From Antedon mediterranea (taxonomy: Eukaryota > Animalia > Echinodermata), in NCBI RefSeq assembly GCF_964355755.1, contig NC_092674.1:6386001-6450000 (forward strand): DNA of 64,000 nt, read 5' to 3'. Position numbers and translations under genes: made by a program. The notes below the pieces were generated by a model. That model did no database searches. It worked only from the letters and a program-made list of their open reading frames with translations, and had not been told where the DNA came from. How positions within the stretch are numbered: the first letter of the stretch is position 1; every line of letters starts with the position of its first letter. Positions 26,001 through 36,526 of this stretch are shown piece by piece.

Positions 26001-28753
26001 GCTTGTATCCTCAGGCAAGATACTTTACTTACATTTGCCTCTCTCCACCCAGGTGTATAAATGTGTACCTGGTAAGATCAAGACACAACTTTGCGCTGAT
26101 TACTAACTGCATTATGGGAGTTTGTTTCCCTACATGTTTGATAAAAAAAAATGACCAGGGTAATAATATGTACAGCGTTTTAGAGGTTTCACAATATCAG
26201 GCGCTTTATAAATCCAGTATATTCCTATTGTGGAGTTTGAGCCTGTTCTCCACTAAGTGTCAGCTTATATCCATGTTATTGAATAAGTAGTAACTAAATC
26301 TTTTAAAATAATTTTTTTTTTATAGAAAACTTTCACCACTTACATGGTAAGTAAGCATATCTATCTATACATTTTAATGAGTTTACATAGACTTTACATA
26401 GATATGAGCGTAGCCCAAGCCTGCCTAAACTATTTTTCTAAGAACGTAGAGATCTCAAGCCATGCCTTATATTGCCCCAGAACCCAATACTTTGTATTGT
26501 AGGCTGTGCCTGGGTCTTGGATGGCTGAGACACAACAACACAACTAGTACTGGCCAGGGTTCTACTTGTAGGCTGTGCCTGGGTCTTATCTATGTGCTTG
26601 TTTTTAGGTGTGTTGTCACGATTAAAGATCACATGTTTAGAGAATGAAAGGAAAGAAGCAAAGCAGAGGTATCAAGAACACATACAAGCCTATGTAACCA
26701 CTTACCTAGGACGACCAATGGAAAAACTCAATGTAAATATTTATATGTCAAATACATTACAATTAATATTACCATTTTTTCCCACCATTTAAAAAAAAAA
26801 ATTATGGTTATGCACTACTGAATGTATGATACTATTATAATAATTTTTTCTTATATTATCGGTTATAGAAATGAGTTATTGTTATTATACATTAAGATAT
26901 TTTTTTTCTATGCATACATACAGATAGTTATTGTCTTTTTTTATTTTTGTCTTATTATTTAGATAAACTTCTGTGCCAAACAAGCCAATTTTCTAAATCA
27001 TAATTAAAACAGTTCTGTCTCATTTAAACTTTGTTTTTTCCTATCTTAATTAGCATTTTTTCGAGGGGGTGCAGACATTAGTAACGCAAGGCGTGAAAGA
27101 AGAGGAGGTTGGGTTTCAGATGGCATACAATAAACAAGAATTACGCAAACTAATTCGTGAATACACGTCCAAAGAGGTAATTAATAGCAAGAAGTACACT
27201 GTATAACCCATATATTATTACCATATACAGCCTTCCCACGTTGAAACACCGGTTCTCATCAGATCACCGAAGTTAAGCAACGTTGGGCCTGGTTAGAGCT
27301 AGGATGGGAGACCATCTGGGAATACCAGGTGCTGTATATGGAGCTTGGGTCCCATTAGGCATTTGAAATCAGCACTGCTGACTCTTATGGCAGCCCCTGC
27401 ATCTAGTATCTGCCTCAGACGTATTGGCTTATGCCTCTTCTCTGGTTAAGGTGGGCACTGGACGAGAGAAGCCCTTGGTCAATGTTGGGACCAGCCAAAC
27501 GTGCTTTAAACAGTCTTGGCTTAGTCATCATTTAGATAAATGTAAGCCTTTACATTGGATTGACATTGTCGTTTACAACAGAAGCCGGCCATATATATAT
27601 TATATTATTACCATAACTTATTTGCTGATTTTTGTTTAACATATTTCGTGAATACATGTCCAAAGAGGTAATTATTAGCAAAGATGAGTAGTATATTTCT
27701 GATATATAATTTTGGTAAGTTTATAGTACCTTACTGCATTAAACAAGTTACTGCAGTAATTAAAACACAATTTGTTCAATGTACATTAATGGAATTTGAT
27801 TTTATATTTCAGGTGAAGAAAGGGTTAGACCATTTGTACAAAAAAGTTGAGAAAACTTTATGTGATGAAGAAAGTCTATTACAGGTAAGAAATCAAGTTA
27901 CAAATATTCTACTGCAGTTACTGCTGTAACTACATTTATGTACTGCAATAACATATGCTTTTATTTCAATGGAGAGGTTTATTAGGCAGTCACTGCAATT
28001 AAAGAGTGTGTATGTAGAATAATTTTGACATAGTTCATAAATCTACTATATCATATTTAACTGTTATCAATCAATTTTCTCTATTTTCAAATTTATTGCG
28101 ATTAATATGTCTTAGTTTAAGATTCGAGTATTGAGAGGGCGCTATACAAATGACAGTTCAGAGCAAGTTACGACATTGGACTGCACCGCCAACGTTTATC
28201 AAATTTCAGAGACTCGTTCATCATTTCATTTGTTATAATTTGCCTTTATTACTTAATGTGGTTCATACCCTTTTAAGAATAATATATCCACGACACTAAA
28301 TTACATAATTATTAATAATGAGATGGGATGATTCATTCCAAAATCAATCAATCAATTGTAGCACGCACACGCAATTATTCTTCGCTACAAGTACTTTTGT
28401 ACACTTCACCGTCAAATTTTCAATAAACATTTTTTGAAATATAAGAAAACGTTGAAAGTGTTTTGTTGCTCCTTTACTTTACTTGCATTAATGGCGAAAA
28501 TTTTGACACAATTTGTATCACGTGACATTATTTACCCAATGTTGTAACTCTTTATATATATGGCTCTGAGACAGCTATACCTTCATATTGTGTTTTACAG
28601 GTTGTTTGGCGGTCAATGCAACAAGAATTTATTCATCAATACAATCACATACAGAACTTGATTAAACGCTGTTACCCAGGAGCGAACCTAACCCTTGAGT
28701 TTACCATAGATGAAGTCTTGCAATTCTTTTCCAACATTGCTCAGTCACACTAG
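14077..28753 (+). CDS. EXOC1: Exocyst complex component 1 (Sec3), ~873-879 aa
   Basis: Starts [13 protein letters not shown] and ends FFSNIAQSH*, matching metazoan EXOC1. Exons: 14077-14200, 14353-14480, 14693-14788, 14939-15011, 15434-15630, 15885-16010, 16710-16944, 18550-18659, 19148-19300, 20214-20471, 20939-21028, 21157-21215, 21579-21605, (22839-22856 optional), 24277-24357, 24845-24977, 25623-25860, 26326-26346, 26608-26732, 27054-27176, 27813-27884, 28601-28753. The frame is continuous. Confidence 0.96.
15675..15812. mobile_element. MITE family B (Harbinger-like, TIR AGCTCTGTCTACACTATCAAA)
   Basis: TIR pair with TWA flanks. Further full or partial copies at ~16105-16202, 28805-28942, ~31797-31884, ~45650-45772, ~57497-57626, ~57897-58012, ~58151-58255 and ~63690-63845. 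Confidence 0.88.
16483..16613. mobile_element. Degenerate hAT-like MITE
   Basis: CAGTGATGTAGCCA...TGGCTACGGCCCTG termini. The same right end occurs at ~63277-63290. Confidence 0.45.
16971..17681 (+). mobile_element. Solo LTR (Gypsy-like), 711 bp
   Basis: TGTAATATAA...TTATATTACA perfect 10-bp inverted ends (TG..CA), TTAA duplicated on both sides, and internal AATAAA at 17603. Confidence 0.72.
17357..17530 (+). repeat. 39-bp tandem repeat (~4 copies) inside the solo LTR
   Basis: cacctcacagccacttcttcagaagaacatctacactct-like units. Confidence 0.9.
18080..18384 (-). mobile_element. tRNA-derived SINE with Deu/Nin-like core
   Basis: On the minus strand: A box TGGCCGAGCGG, B box GGTTCGAGGC, core CGGATAAGGACTATAAACCGTAGGTCC...GAGTAGGGGGTTACCCCGGTG, and a (TA)n tail. 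Confidence 0.85.
19325..19770 (+). repeat. ~19-bp GT-rich minisatellite
   Basis: (ctaagggtgtttgtgtggg)n with variants, about 20 copies. Confidence 0.92.
21360..21545 (-). mobile_element. L2-type LINE 3' remnant
   Basis: The minus strand translates [13 protein letters not shown]...LKTHLF and is followed by GGCGCTATATAAAT and a (TTGA)n tail. Confidence 0.75.
21796..22780. mobile_element. Old Tc1/mariner-like MITE with GTGTCCCCTTAATAG subrepeats, interrupted by a younger MITE
   Basis: CAGTAAAATCTCTATT left end and repeated gtcccc-taatag units on both sides of the insertion. Related fragments at ~11288-11442, ~40720-40960 and ~46215-46260. Confidence 0.55.
22109..22727. mobile_element. MITE family C (Harbinger-like), 619 bp
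   Basis: Long near-perfect TIR AGGCCAATTTACACAGACGAGCGGTAACGGTAAGCGGTAA with TSD TTA. A decayed copy lies at ~45914-46132. Confidence 0.9.
24535..24812 (-). mobile_element. Second, more diverged copy of the Deu/Nin-core SINE
   Basis: Colinear with 18080-18384, with CpG decay and small deletions. Confidence 0.85.
25996..26228 (+). mobile_element. 5'-truncated CORE-like SINE
   Basis: Colinear with the body and tail of 44361-44680. Confidence 0.8.
27221..27600 (+). mobile_element. 5S rRNA-derived SINE (SINE3-like)
   Basis: 27223-27339 aligns to metazoan 5S rRNA (box A AGTTAAGCAACG, box C GGATGGGAGACC) and has no oligo-T terminator. It continues into a ~260-bp body and (TA)n tail, flanked by the direct repeat TATATTATTACCATA (27211-27225 / 27601-27615). 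Confidence 0.82.
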
Positions 28754-28804
28754 AAGAAGGTACTTCAATTTCTATTGTAGCACCATACATATCTAGGACG
28801 CTTA

Positions 28805-28942
28805 AGCTCTGTCTACACTATCAAACTTTATGTGACAACAAAATGTGATGCGCTTATATGGACAGGATGACGACATATCACCACCATATTTGGGCACATC
28901 ACACCTTTTTTGTCAAACAAGTTTGATAGTGTAGACAGAGCT
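28805..28942. mobile_element. MITE family B copy in the EXOC1 3'UTR
   Basis: Perfect ~23-bp TIRs and TSD TTA, about 50 bp after the stop codon. Confidence 0.9.
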
Positions 28943-29699
28943 TTAGACACCATACCGCATTTTTCATAGCCTAAAACAGTGCTGTTTTCAAGAATAACAT
29001 ATTTATATAAATTAATATAGAGATACATACCCTTTTTATAAATTGACTAAACCTATAGAAATATGGGAAAATGACACAAGTACCTACAATTGAGTTTGGT
29101 AAAAAATCATATTAAACCGTTGAGGGCGCTAATTATCATATGTTTAAACCGTTGAGGGCGCTAATTATCCTATGTTTATGCATGGAGTGTTCTCAATGTT
29201 CACCAGTTCTCTGTAAACTGATAAACGACATTAACTATTTCATGATGATGATGGTAATGAACAATATTATAATTTTAAAGAGAAAAAAATCCTAAAAAAT
29301 ATTTATATTCAGAGATTATATTCAATAGCATTTAACTAGATACCTATTTTATCTTCTTTTTTTTGTTTTAAATTGTCTGTTATTTTATGGAATGCATTAC
29401 AATGTACTATGTGGAATGACTTGTGGAATATTAGGTTCAATGAACTAAAAGATAACCCCCACAAGACTACATTATTGTATCAAGAATGCCTGTAATAGAT
29501 AGCATGTACATGTACAATAGCCGTACACCAATCGAGGAAATGCGATTTTCAATAAATGAAATGTACTAATGAATTTCTCTGTTTTAAATGTTTGTTATCC
29601 AAAATGCATTTGATTCCTTGTTAGGGACAGGAAGCTTGTAATAGAGCAGGCAAAGAGTTAAATTTTAATCCTACACTTTCCTGGTTTAGGGCCAATCGT

Positions 29700-29929
29700 C
29701 CTAGAACCTAGTACATGTTTCGAAATGAGTAGGGGTTACCCTAGTGTACTAGTTCACACACTGAACCACTGTCGTGGACAGACGTCATGGCGCCGTAGTT
29801 GACTGCCGGTTACACGATGGGACCCCTAGGCCCGCCTTTAGGGGAGAAGAATGTTGTTGACAAATGTGTAACTGAAGTCCACAGCGCTCAGATCTACACG
29901 AAATAGCGCTATATAAATGTCGCATTATA
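29700..29929 (+). mobile_element. 5'-truncated Deu-core SINE with L2-type tail
   Basis: AGAACCTAGTACATGTTTCGAAATGAGTAGGGGTTACCCTAGTG core half, ending AGCGCTATATAAATG. Confidence 0.6.
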
Positions 29930-30288
29930 GTGAGTCATATGGCCGAGCGGTTAAGGCAGGGGCGCCGTTTACCGTACCTAAAGAGCCAACAACAACATCG
30001 GCAAGGGTTCGAGGCCGACTCGCTCCTAGTTCTGGTGGTGGACAAGTCTTCTCGGATAAGGACTATAAACCGTAGGTCCAGTGTACACAGTTATAATCTG
30101 TGTGTACTTTAAGAACCCAGTTCATTATTCGAAAAAGAGTAGGGGGGTTACCCCGGTGAACTGGTTCACACAATAGCCCCTGTATCAGGGGGATTACCAC
30201 CTATCTGATAGGACAGTGATTAATTCACTATTGGTAATCCTTGGCCACATTGCCTAAAGACATAAAATAAATAAAAATAAATAAATAT
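29930..30288 (+). mobile_element. Full-length tRNA-head Deu/Nin-core SINE, different subfamily
   Basis: TGGCCGAGCGGTTAAGGC, GGTTCGAGGC and the same core as 18080-18384, but a different 3' region and an (AAAT)n tail. Confidence 0.85.
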
Positions 30289-32528
30289 ATGATAATTTAG
30301 AATTTGTTTAGACCATTAAATAAAAGTAGGTCACCTCATTCTTTCCACAACCCCAATCCTTCTGAACACATCCCCCACTCCCCTCCCCGATAAACATTGG
30401 AACCCCCGATAAGCATCGGAATGTGTCGCAATTCAGCAGTGCTAATGCCCTACATTTTCGTATACATTCGAACAAACGTGACTATGGTATGAATGTGCAA
30501 TATTTATTTATTGTCAGGTTAATCGTATCCTTTATAGCGTTTTTTTAAGGACGTATTTAAGTATACAGATTTCACGTTTGGTTTTTATGTTTCCGCTCGT
30601 GTGTTTACGCAATATTTAATAACTTGCGATATTTCGCATTTTATTGTACCGTTTTGTATAATCATGCCAGAGGGCATAAAAAGAGAAACCAAAGTCACGC
30701 ATCCTGAACTATTCATGATAACTTATTTGTATACATTGACCTAATGACTGTATCGGAGTTATTTCAATTCTGAGCGCATTGTTCTGTTACACGATATGTG
30801 TTGAATTATTGAAGACAATTCAAGTGAAAAGTATCGTTTCGTTTGTTTCGCTTGCGTTACCATCTAGTATCAGTAATTAATACTGTACTACCGTGTCAAA
30901 ACACGATTGATAATTGTAAATCGTTGGTATAGGCCCTATATGCTTGTTTATGTAAACACCATCCTTTCAGTCCCCCGCCCAAAGCATCATATTCGCCTGG
31001 GCGATATCAGGGTCTACGGGGTACCGTAGCCTGGTTGGTTATTATTTACCCATGTATGTAGGCCTATGTTTATAGACATATACATAAGTTAAGTACAAGT
31101 ATGTATGTCGTTAAGTTTTCCGATAGAGTTGATTGTTCCGCGCGCCTCTCCCCTCAACACTACGCACCTCCCATCTCCTCCTTTTCCGACGAATCATATA
31201 GTTCGCACATAGAGATAATATCTCTATGGTTCGCCAAATTACATTATAGATAGTATACACAGTATAGATTTGTAGATATTGTACTATTGTAGGCCTAGCG
31301 TACATCATTCAGCGCCTTTCTCCCTCTGGCCTGCACGCTATAACCCACACCCCAAACGGCTATTATTTACCTGCATGATTTTTAAACAAAGTATTATAAA
31401 ACAAAGTAGGCCTATTATAAAAAAACACAATACCGAGAACATATTAACTTTGAGATTATAATTATACCAAATTCATCCGCCATGCCCTTCTATAAAAATA
31501 TACAAGTATAAAAAATAATTATTTATAGGCCTAATATTAGTAATAATAACTATTTGCTGCGTATTGACTATTGATAAAAAGAAATAATAAATATTTTTCC
31601 TAGACTAAAATGTAAATTCAATATTAGTACCCGCTTTATGTAATATTCTAATTATTGGTTGTTACGTTATGTACTATTCGATAATACTGTAGGCCTAAGA
31701 AGTAAATCAATATTTTTAAATAATTATAATATTAATCATAATTTCACGAGTGCCAGGGTTGGTTGCGTGAACCCAGTTTTTCTGTGGCTAAATCATATCT
31801 CTGTCTACACTATCAAACTAGCAAATATGGTAGTCATGTCCATATATCTGTTGTCACATAAAGTTAGATAGTGTAGACAGAGCTTTATAGTTGAACCCCT
31901 CATTTATTTCCTATCGAAAATTAGATACTCCAAATTCATTTATTTTAGAATCACCTAAACATTGAGTTGACAAATGTTTAAAGGCCTATTCACACAAGAA
32001 TGATAACAATCTCCGATAAAATAATGTAATAATTTGATTGCCTTGGTTTGATTGATATCTACATCCAGAGGCGTGTCGTCATCATTGAATATATTATAAC
32101 CCCCATTAGGCCCTCACAAAACCTCGTAATAGGTGTTGTCCGTGTAGTGTTACAATATACGGTATAGTTCCCCTTGTAGTTTCATAGAAAATACCCCCGC
32201 CCCCAGAGTTCCGTAATAATATTTGGCAAGATGAAGATTTAACGTTGGAGTTTGATTGATCTACATCCAGTGTGACGTCATCATGGACACAGTTTATTCT
32301 CGCATCTTTGCTGAGCTGAAGTTTAATGAAGGCAATCTAACAACAGTTCCACGCCCCTTAAAAACACCACGCGCCGCGGAGAATATGTGCATATTGTAAT
32401 ACACTACTAATGGTATTTTTCGCAGCCAGACATAAGATCAAAGAATGAATACGAGTTCCTATCTTGGCAAGGCGAGCTCAGTTTCCTGTTGTTAGATTGC
32501 CTTTAAATTTAATATAGACGCCATTCCC

Positions 32529-35500
32529 TTAAGGTGAATCTTCGTACGCTGCATTATCAAGAGCAGCCAGCGCACTGTCTGGTCGTTCTTGTTCGTCGTC
32601 GTCGTTAACTCCTGAATCCGTTCCTGAGAAAGTAGAAAACGATACCGGACGCGGAGTTGTGATGTCGTCTTCTGGCGGTACCTGATGCATCTCCGCAATC
32701 ACTGGCTGGTTATCGTATATATGTTCCTCGTAATTCGGGAGTGGGTCCGCGTTGTGATTTTCAATAGTAGGCGTCTCTTCCATTGCTGGTGTTGCCATAA
32801 GTGCTGCGGTTGGTTTCTGTAGCGTCGATGGAGGGGTGTAAATCGGTGGATCAGGTATTTCGTTTTTACCATCATTGTTCTCCATGTCGTAAACAACGGA
32901 GTTCTTATTTCGTAACGCTAGCATTATCGTAGCAATAATAAACGCAAGAGCCACTAAACCGATGAGAGCAAACACAAGACCAACAATAACATCCTCGGCT
33001 TCGTCGATACTTAACGTCGATCCTAAAACATCGACATACCTCGCCTCCTCTATCACCTTTTCTTGGTTTTCTATCAAACTTGGAATAGTGTCAAGCCAGA
33101 CAGCCATGTTTTCCGCTCGATATCTTTTATTATTTTCAATGTTATCGACTGAAATTTCTAGGTACTCCTCATCATCAGTATACGGTTCCCAATCCTCTTC
33201 TAATCCATAAGATGGGTTACTAAAAACATTTTAAAAAAAACCCAACATTTTAGATAATTCAAAGACAGTATACCACCTACTATTGACAACATTTGACGAA
33301 GAAACATAAACAGATAGTTTTAAAAATTATAAGCGCTACAACAAAATCGTACCCGTCGGACAAATAGTGGACTCATCTTGTGCTTACAAAGCAAAATGAA
33401 TGTACTATGTTGAGTTTGATTTCTATTTCACCACCATTTTACCACCAAATTTAGGCTAATTTTGTGCGCACACATAATTTAAAATTTGGACAAAACAAGT
33501 GTAAATATTTATTGCTTAAAAACAGAAAAGAAACAACCATTTTTATTTTGTGTGGTCTATTGTGTGTATTAGAATACATTCCAAGTTCTATTAACTTTAC
33601 CGCAAACAGAGGTGACTTATGTTAGAATCCAATTGCACCATTACCTTTCGTGCCGTGTGTCATATTCGAGTAGGGCTTATGTATTGTTCGTGGGAGTGTG
33701 ACAATAGAACCTGGGTAGATAGTTATCAATGGGCACGTATTCATAAATAACTATGAATAAATAGGTTACAAACTTACAATAAGATCTTTTGTTAAGTGAT
33801 TCAATAGAATTGCCAAATTGCCATTAGGTGAGGTTGTTGTAATTTTAGCTATCGCTTAATCCAGGTAAAAGCAAGTCAACTGTATGCTATATTCAGTAGC
33901 CTGTATTTTCTATTAATCATATTCAAATATTTTTTTTTTTACATTTCGCTGAACGTTTTTAAAATCTTTTTATCAGTCTGATTCGTATGTTTACAGACAT
34001 TTCTTTATGATGTAATTTATTTATTTAATATAAGGTTATTAAAACATTATTTATAGTGTTAATACTATCCATGTATGTGTTTTAGATAGAAAGTGTAATT
34101 CATTCTATCGCATGGTTTAAAAGCTTATTCTTATTCTGTATTGCATTGCGTTATAATGAAGTTGATAGAAAGAAGTATTCAGAACATTTGACAAGAAACA
34201 ATTAACAACATGCGAAATATAAACGTTCTACACAAAGTAATTTAAACACGTAAGAAAAATTTCTAATTTAGAAAAGTTTGTCTATAGCCTTTGGTTCACA
34301 TATCTAGAATCGTATATATTTTTATATAATTGAAAATAATAAATCTATTCTTACTTGAAATACATGAAGTTCTTGACATAATCCATCATTTTGTAACTAA
34401 GTAGTCTCTCTCCATCTGTGAACAAATCTCCAATACCAGCTTTTAATGGATTTCCGAAGACATACGGAACCATTTCACTATTGGCAGCTTCTGAAGACTC
34501 TGACGAGGTTGTCTTGTGATCAAACACCATATAGAAGGTCTTTCTAGAATCTTCTACTGTTCTTGCTTTGTTCAGTTCCGTTGCTGGTTTGACGTAAAAC
34601 CAGTCGTTTAAGAGTTCTTCCAATTCGTCAAGTCTGGAGACATCACTATCAGGATCGTACCAGTTCGTGTAAGTGTTTGATATTATGAGTGATATGAGTT
34701 CAGCAGCGTTGTCGTAGAAGCTAGAAATTGTCGATTGAATGCCAGAGAAAACGGTTTCTGACACGCCATCATCAATTTCTCCTACGTCTTTCAAGTAATC
34801 GACATAAACTGATGCGTCATTTTCCGTAACACCTATCAAAAGATCAAATTCTTTAGCCTGATTTGACGTCACCAGCAGATCACTAATAGTTGCCTTCTCC
34901 TCGTCTGCAGTTGGTCCAAAATATGCGAGAATATCACCTTCATCAATAACTGGTCCCCGTAAAATGTCTTCAAAAGTCAACTCTGTTAAACACTCTAAAC
35001 TGAGCTTCTTCTCTTCGTCATCATCATCCTCGTCATCAGCGGGTGGTGGACAGACTTTAGAAATAAAGTATTCCGCCACTTCGGAAGGATTCGTTATAAT
35101 CTTATCATCGGATATTACACCACTAAAAGCAATTGCCCTTTGAAAGTATGCTTCCTCTTGGCTTTTAAGCATATGGTAAGTGATACTTTCGGCGCCTGCA
35201 CCCGATCCCGCTAAAGTGATCTTGTTTTCGTCACCCCCAAAAGCGGCAATGTTATCATAAACCCACTTGATTGCCAGGGATTGATCATCAAGACCCATAT
35301 TTACTGGAGTGTCATCACCTAAACTTAAGAATCCAAATGCCCCCAGACGGTAGTTGATCGTTACTACAACAACATCCGCGTAAGCAGATAGAGTACCTCC
35401 ATCGTAGTCAGACCCAGCACCAGATATAAATGCACCTCCATGTATCCAAATCAGTACGGGATATGTTCCACTCAAATTAGCAGGTCTATAAATATTCAAC

Positions 35501-35844
35501 GTTAAACAGTCTTCACTGGTATTTTCATAAAGGCCAAACATATCTCCAAAATAACCTTCTTGCGCTGGTTCTTTTATACTCTTGCACTCCTGTGGACAAG
35601 AGTATCCAAACTCCATAGCATTAAATACTTGATCATCTTCAACTGTGTTAAGCTGGGCATACTGAAAACGCTCTCCGCTGGCGTATGGTACACCCTTAAA
35701 GACATCGACTTCTGCAAACGTGTTATTCCCAATGTTATACCATTCGGTCTTGCCGTTGATGGTTCCTAGCCCCGGCTTGAATACTGATTGTACTCCTAAA
35801 ACACACGGTGTTACCAACATAGCTGAGACTATTACCAGCAACAT
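32529..35844 (-). CDS. Neuroligin-like non-catalytic carboxyl/cholinesterase-fold type I membrane protein, ~726 aa
   Basis: Exons 35844-34355 and 33219-32529 (phase 2, GT-AG). Signal peptide, SEDCLTLNIY, WIHGG, NYRLGAFGFL, GSGAG at the nucleophile elbow, VPYVFGNP, and TM VIVGLVFALIGLVALAFIIATIMLAL. Confidence 0.9.
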
Positions 35845-36526
35845 GATTTAAGTGTGTAGGATCTTCTATTGCTCCAAAGCACGAATCTTAACACTCCACT
35901 CACACAGGGGTGCGGTTGGACTTTAATAGCGAACTATCGGGTCATTCTACTGCCTGATACCAAGTTAATCAGGCTTCATTGCTTTTAATAAAAAGCCGAG
36001 AATAATAGCTTGCAAAGTACGTACAATAGGCCGTCAAGTTTGCTTTAAACCTTGTGAAATGGAATAGAAACTAAAGTTTTGTTAACAATACAATGTGGAC
36101 AAGAATTTGTTCAACCATAACGGTGTTTATGAATGACAAATGTTTTACATATTATTGTTCATATGTCATCATTTCTTGTGTTCCTTAAATTATAAATGAC
36201 AAATATTTGACAATTATTGTTCATATGTCATCACTTCTTGTGTTCCTTAAATTTTTGAGTTTGTTAGCCCTATGTTCAAACATTGCTTGTAGCCAAATTG
36301 GGTCAACGGGTAACAGCTAGTTAGTGATTTGTTGGAACATAGTATTAGTAGTATAGTACTGTATCTATAAATGGATGTAGTGAATATAGTTACGCGTCAT
36401 GAACAGATAGGACGTAATTTATTTCACTGTCTTCTGGGAAAGTGTCAACTTTTCTAAAAGCCTATAAAACCTGTTCTTTAATTTGTCCTGACTGGAGAGA
36501 ACAGCGACTTAGTTGAATTGTCAAGA

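Noticed and set aside
27223-27339. Functional 5S rRNA gene
   Set aside because: It is a single intronic copy with no oligo-T terminator, followed by a body and tail and flanked by a TSD.
29930-30025. tRNA genes (also 18300-18384 and 44361-44435)
   Set aside because: A and B boxes are present but there is no proper cloverleaf, and each continues into a SINE core.
32529-33107. Independent 192-aa membrane protein
   Set aside because: It is part of exon 2 of the neuroligin-like gene.
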